DNA of 34,367 nt. Origin: Actinomycetes bacterium. Lineage in GTDB: Bacteria > Actinomycetota > Actinomycetes > JACCUZ01. Below are positions 1 to 8,789 of this stretch, piece by piece (the stretch's first letter is position 1; the number at the start of each line of letters is the position of its first letter). The position numbers and the translations under genes were made by a program. The stretch spans positions 1-34,367 of the forward strand of contig JBOGDY010000002.1 in the NCBI GenBank assembly GCA_050742955.1. Direction: 5' to 3'. A model generated the notes under the pieces. That model was not told the DNA's origin, ran no database searches, and saw only the letters and a list, made by a program, of their open reading frames with translations.

Positions 1-551
1 ACCGCGATCGCCTCGCAGCATCCGGCATAGCCCTCCGGCGGGACGGACAGCAGCATCGCGCGGCACCGCTGCACGACGTCCGGGCGCGACGCGGCGAAGT
101 CGGCCGTGAACCACCTCGTGACGACGGTGTCGACGACCGCTGCCATGCCGCTGGCACGCACGGTCGCCGCGCGGTCGTGCCAGGCTGCCGCCGGGGGAAG
201 GTAGGCCGACGTGCAGCACAGCGCGAGCCGCTCGACCCGGGCCGGCTCGTGCGCGGCCATCCACATTCCGACCATGCCGCCGAGGGACAGGCCGCAGAAC
301 GAGAAGCGACGGACGTGCAGCGAGTCGAGCAGCGCCAGGACGTCGCCGGCCAGGTCCGCCACCGAGTAGGGGCCCGGAGGCACGTCGACCGGGTCGTGTC
401 CCCGGTGAGCGACGCGCACCACACGGAGGCGCTCCGAGAGGGCCGGGAGCTGCGGGTCCCACATCTCCAGCTGGGTGCCCACGGACGTGGCGAGGACGAG
501 GGCAGGCGCGTCGTCGGGCCCGTGCACGTCGTGGCGCAGCGTCGCGCTCAC
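1..551 (-). CDS. pcaD: 3-oxoadipate enol-lactonase (PcaD, or N-terminal domain of a fused PcaL); first ~183 codons only, gene runs off the left edge
   Basis: Own translation of the minus strand from GTG at 551-549: VSATLRHDVHGPDDAPALVLATSVGT...FCGLSLGGMVGMWMAAHEPARVERLAL. It has the alpha/beta-hydrolase elbow G-L-S-L-G. GTGA start/stop overlap with pcaB (548-551). Position downstream of pcaHGB fits. Confidence 0.8.
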   Translation of the reverse strand, partial: MSATLRHDVHGPDDAPALVLATSVGTQLEMWDPQLPALSERLRVVRVAHRGHDPVDVPPGPYSVADLAGDVLALLDSLHVRRFSFCGLSLGGMVGMWMAAHEPARVERLALCCTSAYLPPAAAWHDRAATVRASGMAAVVDTVVTRWFTADFAASRPDVVQRCRAMLLSVPPEGYAGCCEAIA

Positions 552-1690
552 ACCTGCCGCGCCCTTCGCTGGATGTCGTCGTGCACGGCGAGGGCACGGT
601 CGACGAAGGCCGGTGCCGAGCCGACGTCGAGAGGCGCTCCGGCCAGCAGCTCGTCGACGTGGGCGCGCATGCGCTCCGTGTCGATCTCGAGTCCGTCGAG
701 GGCCGCCCGGGTGTGCCGAGCCACTCCCCCGAGCAGGCGTAGCAGCTCGGTCACCGTCGCCCACTCGGCCTGCCACCGGCCGGTCGAGCGCTGCAGCTCC
801 TGCGGCATGCCGCCGAGGACGGTCGCCACGAGCCCCGGCACCCGGTGTGCGGCCGCCAGGGCGAGGACGGCGGGCGCCGGGTTCCGCTTGTGCGGCATGG
901 TCGAGGACCCGCCTGTGGCCGCGAGCCGCACCTCACCGATCTCGGTGGACGACAACAGAACGAGGTCTTGGGCGACGCTCGCCAGTGCACCGCACAGGAC
1001 GCCGATCGCACCCGCGAGCTCGGCGACGCGGCCGCGGGCGGTGTGCCAGGGCACGGTCGGCTGGACGAGCTCCAGCTCGCGGGCCAGCTCGGCCACCAGG
1101 GTCGGGCCCTTGTCCCCGACGCCCGCCAGGCTTCCGACGGCGCCACCGAGCTGCACCGCGAGGCCCTCGCGCGTGAGCAGCCCGAGCGCACCGAGAGCGT
1201 CATCCACCGCGGCCACTCCCGACGCGCAGGCCGCGCCGAACGTGGTCACCGCCCCCTGCTGCAGCAAGGTGCGGCCGACCTGCGGGGTGTCGCGGTGGGC
1301 CCGGGCGAGCTCGGCGAGCAGCCGGGAGACCGGGACCAGGTCGGCGGCCGTGGCGGCGACCGCGCGTCTCGCGATGAGCGAGGTGGCGGTGTCGAGAACG
1401 TCCTGGCTGGTCGCGGGGACGTGGACGTGGGGGGCGACCTCGGGCCCGACCCGTGCGCGGAGCTGCTCGACCAGGGCCACGACGGGCGTCGCGTCGCAGT
1501 CCCACCCGGAGGCGACCGCATCGGCGTCGATGTCCTCGGCGCGGCACGCGGTGGTGATCCTGGCGGCAGCCGCCGCGGGGACCAGCCCGACGCGGTCGCC
1601 GGCCCGGGCGAGAGCGGCCTCGACGTCGAGCATCGCCTGCAGCCACGCCCTGTCGGAGGTCGCCTCATCCACCGCGTCGCTGCTGAACAC
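548..1690 (-). CDS. pcaB: 3-carboxy-cis,cis-muconate cycloisomerase (fumarate-lyase superfamily)
   Basis: ORF 548..1801. Fumarate-lyase signature GSSTMPHKRNP and N-terminal block FSSDAVDEATSDRAWLQAMLDVEAALA typical of PcaB. Start placed at GTG 1690, 19 nt after the pcaG stop. The ORF-track start at 1801 would overlap pcaG by 92 nt. Confidence 0.88.
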   Translation of the reverse strand: MFSSDAVDEATSDRAWLQAMLDVEAALARAGDRVGLVPAAAAARITTACRAEDIDADAVASGWDCDATPVVALVEQLRARVGPEVAPHVHVPATSQDVLDTATSLIARRAVAATAADLVPVSRLLAELARAHRDTPQVGRTLLQQGAVTTFGAACASGVAAVDDALGALGLLTREGLAVQLGGAVGSLAGVGDKGPTLVAELARELELVQPTVPWHTARGRVAELAGAIGVLCGALASVAQDLVLLSSTEIGEVRLAATGGSSTMPHKRNPAPAVLALAAAHRVPGLVATVLGGMPQELQRSTGRWQAEWATVTELLRLLGGVARHTRAALDGLEIDTERMRAHVDELLAGAPLDVGSAPAFVDRALAVHDDIQRRARQV

Positions 1691-1709
1691 GCGGGCGAAC
1701 GGCCGGTGC

Positions 1710-2246
1710 TCAGACGTCGAAGAAGACAGTCTCGGCCTCCCCTTGGAGATGGATGTCGAACCGGTAGCCGTCGTCGACGGGGCGAGCGACCAGCGTGCCA
1801 CGCCGGTGCTGCTCGACCCCGGACAGCACCGGGTCGGCCGCGTTGGCCGCGTCCTCGTCGGCGAAGTAGATGCGGGTCACGACGCGGTCGAGCAGGCCCC
1901 GGGCGAACACCGAGACGTCCACGTGTGGGGCCTGGGTCACACCGTCCGGCGAGGTGATCGGGCCGGGCTTGAGGGTCCGGACACCCCACGTGCCGGCGCC
2001 GTCGGTCGCCGACCGGCCGAAGGCACGGAACTCCTCCGGGTCATCGAAGCCACCTGTGGGGTCTGCCTGCCACGTCTCCACCAGGGCGTCGGCGACGGGC
2101 TCACCGGCGCCGTCGTACACGTGTCCGCGCAGCCACACCGAGCCGGGCGTTCCCGTGGGGACGACCTCGGGACCGTCGGACCAGGCCAGCGCCTTGTGCA
2201 GGAAGGGGCCGATCGTCTGCGACGGGGTCAGGGGCAACTTGGTCAT
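1710..2246 (-). CDS. pcaG: protocatechuate 3,4-dioxygenase alpha subunit
   Basis: MTKLPLTPSQTIGPFLHKALAW... and C-terminal ...HVDVSVFARGLLDRVVTRIYFADE, typical PcaG. ATG at 2246 forms an ATGA overlap with the pcaH stop (2243-2246). Confidence 0.93.
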   Translation of the reverse strand: MTKLPLTPSQTIGPFLHKALAWSDGPEVVPTGTPGSVWLRGHVYDGAGEPVADALVETWQADPTGGFDDPEEFRAFGRSATDGAGTWGVRTLKPGPITSPDGVTQAPHVDVSVFARGLLDRVVTRIYFADEDAANAADPVLSGVEQHRRGTLVARPVDDGYRFDIHLQGEAETVFFDV

Positions 2247-2950
2247 TCCTCGCGCTCCGGGTCGTCGAACGGCGTCGCCGCCGACCCGCGCAGCACCAGG
2301 TCGAAGACGAAGGCGAGTGCCCACTGGGGCCGGGTGGTCTCCATATCGAACCGGCTGACGAGCCGGGATCGGGCTGCTTCCGGGACCGAGTTGAAGATCG
2401 GGTCATGGGCGAACAGCGGGTCGTCGGGGAAGTACATCTGGGTCACGAGCCGCTGCGTGAAGGCGCGTCCGAACAGGGAGAAGTGGATGTGGGCCGGGCG
2501 CCACGCATTGTCGTGGTTCTTCCAGGGGTAGGCGCCGGGCTTGATGGTGGTGAACTCGTAACGGCCCAGGTCGTCGGTCATCGCGCGGCCGACGCCGGTG
2601 AAGTTCGGGTCCAGGGGCGAGGGCCACTGGTCCACCACATGCCGGTAGCGGCCGCCGGCGTTGGCCTGCCAGACCTCCACCAGGGTGTCCGGCACCGCGC
2701 GGCCGTCGGAGTCCAGCACCCGACCGCGCACGATGATGCGCTGACCGATCGCCTCCCCCGAGTGCTGCCGGGTGAGGTCGCTGTCACCCGCCTGGACGCG
2801 GTCGGCGCCGAGCACCGGCCCGGTCAGCTCGGTCAGCCGGTGCGGCAGCAGCACCGGGGGCTGGGCGGGTGCGCGCAGCCGGGTGGAGCGGTAGGCCGGC
2901 GACACGAGCGGAGGGTGCACCCCCACCGGCCGCTCGTACGGCGTCAGCAA
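2243..2950 (-). CDS. pcaH: protocatechuate 3,4-dioxygenase beta subunit
   Basis: 235 aa. Blocks VEVWQANAGGRYRH, YPWKNHDNAWRPAHIHFSLFG and TQMYFPDDPL are intradiol dioxygenase beta-subunit hallmarks. Confidence 0.95.
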   Translation of the reverse strand: MLTPYERPVGVHPPLVSPAYRSTRLRAPAQPPVLLPHRLTELTGPVLGADRVQAGDSDLTRQHSGEAIGQRIIVRGRVLDSDGRAVPDTLVEVWQANAGGRYRHVVDQWPSPLDPNFTGVGRAMTDDLGRYEFTTIKPGAYPWKNHDNAWRPAHIHFSLFGRAFTQRLVTQMYFPDDPLFAHDPIFNSVPEAARSRLVSRFDMETTRPQWALAFVFDLVLRGSAATPFDDPEREE

Positions 2951-3030
2951 CGGGCGCCCCGGTCACGGTCCGGATGAACAGCCACGACACGTCCTCCCAA
3001 CGACGTTCGATGTGCCTGCCAACTGCGGTC

Positions 3031-3047
3031 AAAAGGTTATGCCTTTC
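3031..3047. promoter_or_regulatory. putative operator, 17-bp dyad family (AAAAGGTTATGCCTTTC)
   Basis: AT-rich island in the GC-rich pcaH/fdx divergent gap. It matches 11 of 14 specified positions of GAAnGGTAnTACCnTTC, the dyad seen best at 32745-32761. It lies 81-97 nt upstream of the pcaH ATG. Confidence 0.45.
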
Positions 3048-3129
3048 CCCAGACAGCCGCCCATGGCCGAGCTCTGCACGCCGCGGTTCCACAACCCGGA
3101 CAAGGCAGGACGTGAACCTCGGAGCCTAG

Positions 3130-3150
3130 GGTATTATCATTAGACCATTC
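3130..3150 (+). promoter_or_regulatory. putative promoter/operator box GGTATTATcaTTAGaCCATTC upstream of the ferredoxin gene
   Basis: It contains a TATTAT (TANNNT) -10-like hexamer about 40 nt upstream of GTG 3178. The 14-nt core GGTATTATnnTTAG is repeated, in the direction of transcription, upstream of the Rieske oxygenase gene (13855-13872, minus strand). Confidence 0.45.
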
Positions 3151-3177
3151 CAGGGACGTGCTCGAGAGGAACCGATA

Positions 3178-3501
3178 GTGCCCAAGGTCACCTTTGTCGA
3201 CCGCGACGGGTCCCAGCGCACCATCGACGCGACGGTCGGCGACTCGGTCATGGCAACGGCCGTCAGGAACGGTGTTCCCGGCATCGTCGGCGAGTGCGGG
3301 GGCAACTGCTCCTGCGCCACGTGCCACGTCTACGTCGACGAGGACTTCCTGACGCTGGTCGGTCCTCCGGGCGACCTCGAGGACGACATGCTGGACCTCG
3401 CGGCGTCGGACCGCCGCCCGTCGAGCCGCTTGTCTTGCCAGATAGAGGTCACCGACGAGCTGGATGGCCTGAGCGTCGACACTCCCGAGGAACAGCCGTG
3501 A
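3178..3501 (+). CDS. [2Fe-2S] ferredoxin, putidaredoxin/adrenodoxin type
   Basis: 107 aa. Cys ligand pattern GECGGNCSCATCHV ... SCQI is characteristic of vertebrate-type ferredoxins. GTG start; GTGA overlap with the reductase gene. Confidence 0.9.
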   Translation: MPKVTFVDRDGSQRTIDATVGDSVMATAVRNGVPGIVGECGGNCSCATCHVYVDEDFLTLVGPPGDLEDDMLDLAASDRRPSSRLSCQIEVTDELDGLSVDTPEEQP

Positions 3502-4757
3502 ACGGCGGAGCGCTCATCATCGGCGCGAGTCAGGCCGGTGTTCAGCTCGCCGTCTCGCTACGCGACAAGGGGTACGACGAGCCCATCACTCTGATCGGCG
3601 CGGAGTCGCAGCCGCCGTACCAGCGTCCTCCCCTGTCCAAGGCGTTCCTGAGCGGGAGCGCTGACATCACGACCCTCCAGCTGCGCACGAAGGCGTTCTA
3701 CGCCGCGCAGCGGATCGACCTTGCGCCGGCCGAACGCGTCACCAACCTCCGCCTCTCGGACTCCGGTCCGCGCGGCTCCGGCACGGCCCTGACCGACCAG
3801 GGCCGAACACTGGAGTTCGATCGGCTGGCCCTCACCGTGGGGGCGCGGCCCAGGCGCCTCGACGTGCCCGGCTGCGACCTCGAGGGCGTCTGCTACCTGC
3901 GTGCCGTCGATGACGCAGTCCGGCTCCGGTCCCACCTCACGAGGGCTCGTGACGTCGTCGTCATCGGCGGCGGCTTCATCGGGCTCGAGGCCGCCGCGGT
4001 CGCCCGTTCGGAAGACAAGAACGTCATCGTGGTGGAGGCAGCGGATCGGCTGATCTCCCGCTCGGTGGCCCCGGTGGTCTCGGAGTTCTACCGGCAGGCT
4101 CACATCCGGCGCGGGACCCAGGTGCGCCTCGGCGCCGAGGTCGCCGGGATCCGCGGTGCGCGTGGTCACGTGACCGGCGTCCGGCTCGAGGACGGCACCG
4201 TCCTGCCCGCCGACGTGGTCGTCGTGGGGGTCGGCATCACCCCGCGGACCGAGCTCGCCGAACAGCTCGGCCTCCACTGTGATGGTGGGATCGTCGTCGA
4301 CGAGTTCGCTCGCACCAGCGAGCAGTCGGTCGTGGCAGCAGGTGACTGCACCGTGCTGCCCAACCCGCAGAGCGGCGAAGGGATGGTGCGTCTGGAGTCG
4401 GTGCCCAACGCTGTCAGCCAGGCGAGGGTGGCAGCAGCGACTCTCGCCGGGAGTCCGCAGCCCTACACGGACGTACCGTGGAACTGGTCCGATCAGTACG
4501 ACCTCAAGCTGCAGATCGCAGGCGCGACGAACGGGTTCGACGAGCACCTGGTGCGGGGCGATCCCGACAGCGAGCGGTTCTCGGTCATGTACTACCGCCA
4601 GGGAGAGCTGCAGGCGATCAACGCGGTCAACATGGCACCTGACTACCTGGCGGCACGCAAGGCGCTCGCCAGCGGGACGCCACTCCCGGCGGACAGAGCC
4701 GTCGTCCCCGGCCTGTCGCTCAAGGACCTGCTCCTGGAGGGCGCCGCGGCGCGGTGA
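3498..4757 (+). CDS. FAD-dependent ferredoxin--NAD(P)+ reductase (putidaredoxin-reductase / glutathione-reductase fold)
   Basis: VNGGALIIGASQAGVQLA (FAD fold), PPYQRPPLSK and VVVIGGGFIGLEAA (NAD fold), plus the C-terminal reductase domain. Start moved to GTG 3498, overlapping the fdx stop. The ORF-track 5-prime extension is Arg/Pro-rich junk. Confidence 0.9.
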   Translation: MNGGALIIGASQAGVQLAVSLRDKGYDEPITLIGAESQPPYQRPPLSKAFLSGSADITTLQLRTKAFYAAQRIDLAPAERVTNLRLSDSGPRGSGTALTDQGRTLEFDRLALTVGARPRRLDVPGCDLEGVCYLRAVDDAVRLRSHLTRARDVVVIGGGFIGLEAAAVARSEDKNVIVVEAADRLISRSVAPVVSEFYRQAHIRRGTQVRLGAEVAGIRGARGHVTGVRLEDGTVLPADVVVVGVGITPRTELAEQLGLHCDGGIVVDEFARTSEQSVVAAGDCTVLPNPQSGEGMVRLESVPNAVSQARVAAATLAGSPQPYTDVPWNWSDQYDLKLQIAGATNGFDEHLVRGDPDSERFSVMYYRQGELQAINAVNMAPDYLAARKALASGTPLPADRAVVPGLSLKDLLLEGAAAR

Positions 4758-4785
4758 GGTCGCGGCCGGGCGTTCCCCCTCGGCA

Positions 4786-5778
4786 TCAGACCACGGCCGA
4801 CTCGGTCGACTCCGGCGCGAACAGCTCGTCGGGACGCAGCCGGCGTTCCGACAGGCCCTGTTCGTGGTGGTAGCGCAGGAAGGTCGCGAGCGCGTCGCGG
4901 TTGGGCTCGAGCCCGTAGGACCAGTAGTCGGCTCCGAGCAGCTGCTCGGCCTCTTCCACGTGCTGGTTGAGCCACGGGAGCATGAACCGCAACGCGGACG
5001 AGTCGTAGAGGCGGTCCCGCGCATCCTCTTTGGCCAGACGAAAGGCCTTGTAGAGCGACTGGGCGACCCAGGGGTATCGCTCATAGACGTCTCGTCTGAT
5101 CACGACCACGTGCATGATGGGGAAGATCCTCGTCGCCGCGTAGTAGGCCTGCTCCGCCGCGATCACGTCGCCGAACAGCCGCCGCACCCGAGGATCTCGC
5201 ACGACGAATGGTCGAGGGATGCGTGGCGTGACCAGCGCATCGATCTCTCCCTCGGCCAGCATCGCCGACAGGGTCCGGTCTTCGGGGATGGTCTCGACGC
5301 GGATGCTCCCGGGCAGGTCCAGCGAGGCCTTCTCGACGCGACCGGGCTGCTCCTGACCCCCGGTGAGGTGGGTCATCGAGTCCACGGCAACCCGGTGCTG
5401 GTCGGCCAGGATCCCGCGGACCCAGACACCAGCGGTGACCTGGAACTCGGGTGTCCCGACGCGCCGGCCGCGTAGGTCCCCGGGCGCCGTGATGCCCGCG
5501 TCCGCGTTGACGTAGATGGACCCGTGCCGAAAGCTCCGCGACGTGAACACCGGAAGCGCGACGAACGGCGACGTGGCGCTCTGCATCGAGATGACGTAGG
5601 AGGACAGCGACATCTCGGCGACCTCGAACTCCTGGTGCCGCATCATCCGGAAGAACGTCTCCTCGACAGGCAGGCGCAGGTAGACCAGCTCGATGCCGTC
5701 GGCACGGACGCTGCCCTCCTCGAGGGCCCTCGTGCGGTCGTAGTCGCCACAGGCGAGCGTCAACGTCAGCCTCGACAC
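4786..5778 (-). CDS. 4,5-dihydroxyphthalate decarboxylase-like protein (cytoplasmic NMT1/SsuA-fold family)
   Basis: 330 aa. N-terminus SRLTLTLACGDYDRTRALEEG and blocks FEVAEMSLSSY and ALPVFTSRSFRHGSIYVN match my recollection of Pht5/PhtD-type decarboxylases. No signal peptide. GTG start lies 1 nt after the ligJ stop. Confidence 0.72.
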   Translation of the reverse strand: MSRLTLTLACGDYDRTRALEEGSVRADGIELVYLRLPVEETFFRMMRHQEFEVAEMSLSSYVISMQSATSPFVALPVFTSRSFRHGSIYVNADAGITAPGDLRGRRVGTPEFQVTAGVWVRGILADQHRVAVDSMTHLTGGQEQPGRVEKASLDLPGSIRVETIPEDRTLSAMLAEGEIDALVTPRIPRPFVVRDPRVRRLFGDVIAAEQAYYAATRIFPIMHVVVIRRDVYERYPWVAQSLYKAFRLAKEDARDRLYDSSALRFMLPWLNQHVEEAEQLLGADYWSYGLEPNRDALATFLRYHHEQGLSERRLRPDELFAPESTESAVV

Positions 5779-5779
5779 G

Positions 5780-6802
5780 CTATCTCCCCGCGGCCGCCAG
5801 CTGCGCGTCGAGTCGCGGATAGACGCGCCGCGTGTTCAGCTCGAACATCTTCGCCCTGGCCTCGTCAGGCAGCCCGAGGTTGTCGACGTAGCGCTTCGTG
5901 TCGTCCCAGTGGTGCCCGGTCTCCGGGTCGATACCCCGAACGGCGCCGAACATCTCCGACGCGAAGAGGACGTTGTCGACGTCTATGACCCGGTGCAACA
6001 GGTCGATCCCCGCCTGGTGGTAGACGCACGTGTCGAAGAACACGTTCTTCATGACGTGGTCAGCGAGCGGCGGCCGGCCGAGCCGGTCGGCGAGCCCGCG
6101 AAAGCGACCCCAGTGGTAGGGAACCGCGCCGCCGCCGTGGGGGATCACGAAGCGCAGGGTAGGGAACGCGCTGAACAGGTCCCCCTGTACCAGCTGCATG
6201 AAGGCCGTGGTGTCGGCGTTCAGGTAGTGCGAGCCGAGGGCGTGAAAGTTCGGGTTGCACGAGGCGGAGACGTGGATCATGGCGGGGACGTCCAGCGAGA
6301 CCATCGCCTCGTAGAGGGGGAACCAGTACTCGTCGGTCAGCGGCTTGGACGTCCAGTAGCCACCGGAGGGATCAGGGTTCACGTTGCACCCGACGAATCC
6401 CAGCTCCTCGACGCACCGCCGTAGCTCGGTGATGGAGTCGTCCAGCGACCCCCCGGGAGTCTGCGGCAGCTGGCAGGCAGCCGCGAAGTGCTGCGGATAC
6501 AGGTCGACCACGCGGCGGACCAGGTCGTTGGACACCCGGGCCCAGGCCCGCGCCGTGGCTGCATCGGGCACATGGTGCTCCATTCCCGATGCCTTCGGGG
6601 AAAAGATCATCATGTCGCCGCCGCGCTCCCGCAGCATCTTCAGCTGAGTGCTCTCGATGCTCTCGCGGATCGCGTCGTCGCTGATGTCGGCCGGCTCCGG
6701 CTCCGGCAGGCCGGGATCGGCGAGGCGGGCGTGCTGGGCGTCACGAAAGTCCTGGTGCGCGCCCGGCGACGTCGTGTAGTGGCCGTGACAGTCGATGATC
6801 AC
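5780..6802 (-). CDS. ligJ: 4-oxalomesaconate hydratase (amidohydrolase_2 family)
   Basis: 340 aa. (M)IIDCHGHYTT N-terminus, NPDPSGGYW, YWFPLYEAM and IPHGGGAVPY blocks, as in LigJ/PmdE. Confidence 0.85.
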   Translation of the reverse strand: MIIDCHGHYTTSPGAHQDFRDAQHARLADPGLPEPEPADISDDAIRESIESTQLKMLRERGGDMMIFSPKASGMEHHVPDAATARAWARVSNDLVRRVVDLYPQHFAAACQLPQTPGGSLDDSITELRRCVEELGFVGCNVNPDPSGGYWTSKPLTDEYWFPLYEAMVSLDVPAMIHVSASCNPNFHALGSHYLNADTTAFMQLVQGDLFSAFPTLRFVIPHGGGAVPYHWGRFRGLADRLGRPPLADHVMKNVFFDTCVYHQAGIDLLHRVIDVDNVLFASEMFGAVRGIDPETGHHWDDTKRYVDNLGLPDEARAKMFELNTRRVYPRLDAQLAAAGR

Positions 6803-6845
6803 CGGTGACCAACCCTCGCTTCTGGACGCCGATGCGCGCGGCGGC

Positions 6846-7535
6846 TCAGTCGTCCGTCTCCTGGTCGATGTACTTCAGCCCCTTGCGCGCGAGCCGCCGC
6901 CGCATGTCCTGGACGTCGAGGCTGAGCTCCCCCGCCCGGTAGCGTGCACGCGAGACCGTCTCCCTCTCCTCGCGCGCCGTCGATGCGGCCAGCACCTCGT
7001 CAGCCGTACGGCGCGGGACCACGACCACGCCATCGTCGTCGGCGACGATCACATCACCCGGCCGCACCAGCTCGCCCGCGCACACAAGGGGCGTGTTGAC
7101 ACTGCCGAGCGTCTCCTTGACCGTTCCGGTCGCGGACACGCTGCGCGACCAGACCGGGAAGCCCATCCGAGCCAGCTCGGCCACGTCACGGCACCCGGCG
7201 TCGATGACGAGTCCCCGCACACCTCTTGCCTGCACCGCGGTGGCGAGCAGCTCACCGAAGTAGCCGGCGTCGGAGGGTGACGTGGGCGCCACGACGAGGA
7301 CGTCGCCATCCTGGCACTGCTCGACGGCGACGTGGATCATCCAGTTGTCAGCAGGGGGCACGCTGACGGTCACCGCGGTCCCGCTGATGTGCGCGCCCGG
7401 GTAGACCGGTCGGATGCGGGCCTCCAGCAGTCCCGTTCGGCCCTGTGCCTCGTGGATGGTCGCGACACCGAACGCGGCGAACGCGTCGACGGTCGACCTG
7501 TCAGCGCGGCGGACGTTCCGTACGACGACGCCCAT
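6846..7535 (-). CDS. ligK: 4-carboxy-4-hydroxy-2-oxoadipate / 4-hydroxy-4-methyl-2-oxoglutarate aldolase (RraA-fold class II aldolase)
   Basis: 229 aa. [32 protein letters not shown] and [12 protein letters not shown] are LigK/ProA/GalC-type blocks. SD AGGGAG lies 5 nt upstream of the ATG. Confidence 0.85.
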   Translation of the reverse strand: MGVVVRNVRRADRSTVDAFAAFGVATIHEAQGRTGLLEARIRPVYPGAHISGTAVTVSVPPADNWMIHVAVEQCQDGDVLVVAPTSPSDAGYFGELLATAVQARGVRGLVIDAGCRDVAELARMGFPVWSRSVSATGTVKETLGSVNTPLVCAGELVRPGDVIVADDDGVVVVPRRTADEVLAASTAREERETVSRARYRAGELSLDVQDMRRRLARKGLKYIDQETDD

Positions 7536-7580
7536 CTCGCTCCCTTCGCATGATCGTCTGGCTGGGTCCCGCCCGGTGCC

Positions 7581-8690
7581 TCACTTCCACGGCAGCAGGG
7601 ACACGTGGATGACGTCGTCGTCACCCTCGCCGCCGACCGACCTGATGGCATGGTCCACGTCGTTGAGACCGAACGTGTGCGTGGTCAGCCGATCCAGCGG
7701 AAACCGATCGGAAGCAAGCTGCGCGAGCGCGAGCTCGCAGGCGCGGTAGCTGTGACCGCGCGCGCTCTTGATGGTGATGGCCTTCTCGGTCACCTTCTTC
7801 ACCGGGAAGTCGGGGAAGGTCGCCATCTCGCCCTGGATGAGCAGGGTGCCCGCCCTTCGCTTCAGCGCGTCGACGCCGAGCAGGACGGGTGCGACACCAG
7901 CGCCGGCGGTGCAGTCGAGGACGACGTCGACGCCCTTGCCGCCGGTGACGTCCATGATGCGCTCGAGGGCGTCCTCCTGCTGGACGTCGATGACATGGTC
8001 GGCCCCTAACGTCTTCGCCAGCTCCAGCCGCGCTGCGTCCCGGGTCGTGCCCGTCATCACGATGAGCGAGGCACCCGCCTGCCTGCACGCGACGGTCTGC
8101 GAGAGTCCCTGCTGGCCCGGCCCCTGGATCAGGACGGTGGAGTCATAGCCGACCCCGGCGTCGAACAGTGCCCACTCGATGCCGTTGGACATCGGTGTCA
8201 CGATCCCGGCCAGCTCGGCCGACACGCCTGCCGGCACCCTGTGCAGCACGGCGTTCCACGGGAGGTACATGTAGCCGGCGAACCCGCCCCACAGATGGAA
8301 CGGCTTCTCGGCCGAGGTGTAGCCGTAGCGGCGGGCGTCCGGGTTCGTCCGCCAGTCGGTGGCTTCGCAGTGGCGGTACTCCCCCAGGTGGCACCACGCG
8401 CACCGCCGGCACGGGACGTAGTGCTCGACGAAGACGCGGTCGCCCTCAACCACGCCTTGACGCTCGCTGAAGGTGCGGCCTGCCCTGGCGATGACGCCGA
8501 CGTTCTCGTGGCCCATGATGACCGGGTCCTGCACAACCGGTTCGGCATACATCTTGACGTCGGTGCCGCAGATGCCCGCCACCTCGACCTTCAGCAGGGC
8601 GGCGTCGTCGGGGACGTCCGGCATCGGGTACTCGCGGAACTCGGTGGTGCCCGGGCCCGTCCTCACAGCCGCCAGAACCTGCTCTCCCAT
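7581..8690 (-). CDS. Zn-dependent medium-chain alcohol/polyol dehydrogenase
   Basis: GICGTDV and GHENVGV catalytic-Zn motifs. Structural-Zn CRRCAWCHLGEYRHC (C-x2-C-x2-C-x7-C). Rossmann motif IQGPGQQG. Start set at ATG 8690, preceded by strong SD GAGGGAGGA. The ORF-track GTG 8717 is less likely. Confidence 0.85.
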   Translation of the reverse strand: MGEQVLAAVRTGPGTTEFREYPMPDVPDDAALLKVEVAGICGTDVKMYAEPVVQDPVIMGHENVGVIARAGRTFSERQGVVEGDRVFVEHYVPCRRCAWCHLGEYRHCEATDWRTNPDARRYGYTSAEKPFHLWGGFAGYMYLPWNAVLHRVPAGVSAELAGIVTPMSNGIEWALFDAGVGYDSTVLIQGPGQQGLSQTVACRQAGASLIVMTGTTRDAARLELAKTLGADHVIDVQQEDALERIMDVTGGKGVDVVLDCTAGAGVAPVLLGVDALKRRAGTLLIQGEMATFPDFPVKKVTEKAITIKSARGHSYRACELALAQLASDRFPLDRLTTHTFGLNDVDHAIRSVGGEGDDDVIHVSLLPWK

Positions 8691-8726
8691 GAACGGTCCT
8701 CCCTCGACTGCGGGCACGACGTCCAG

Positions 8727-8753
8727 GGTAGCGTATGGTCTGATGGTCCTACC
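8727..8753. promoter_or_regulatory. inverted repeat GGTAG-N17-CTACC enclosing a direct repeat ATGGTC-tg-ATGGTC
   Basis: It lies in the 99-bp divergent gap between the ADH-ligKJ operon and the PhtD-like/rpiB pair. It shares the ATGGT core with the other AT-rich boxes, but the architecture differs. Confidence 0.3.
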
Positions 8754-8789
8754 ACGATCGGGTCACCCGAGGGAGCTGAGCCAGGGCAG

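Noticed and set aside
177-2531. Very long ORFs on the opposite strand or in alternative frames. Examples are 177-2531 (+), 14273-15934 (-), 17874-19649 (-), 20483-22648 (-), 24227-25924 (-), 3558-5084 (-) and the 5-prime two-thirds of 31822-33858 (-).
   Set aside because: Their translations are Arg/Pro/Gly/Ala-rich low-complexity strings with no family motifs. Each lies antisense to, or overlaps, a gene with clear homology-type motifs. Stop-free shadow frames are expected at about 70% GC.
3294-3497. ORF-track 5-prime extensions of several genes. Examples are 3294 for the reductase, 8241 for the PhtD-like paralog, 13830 for the oxygenase, 28867 for the permease, 2324 for pcaG, 14057 for bicupin 1 and 16820 for bicupin 2.
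   Set aside because: The extensions overlap upstream genes or encode Arg/Pro-rich junk. Internal starts have good Shine-Dalgarno sequences or stop-start overlaps, and they give N-termini typical of the families.
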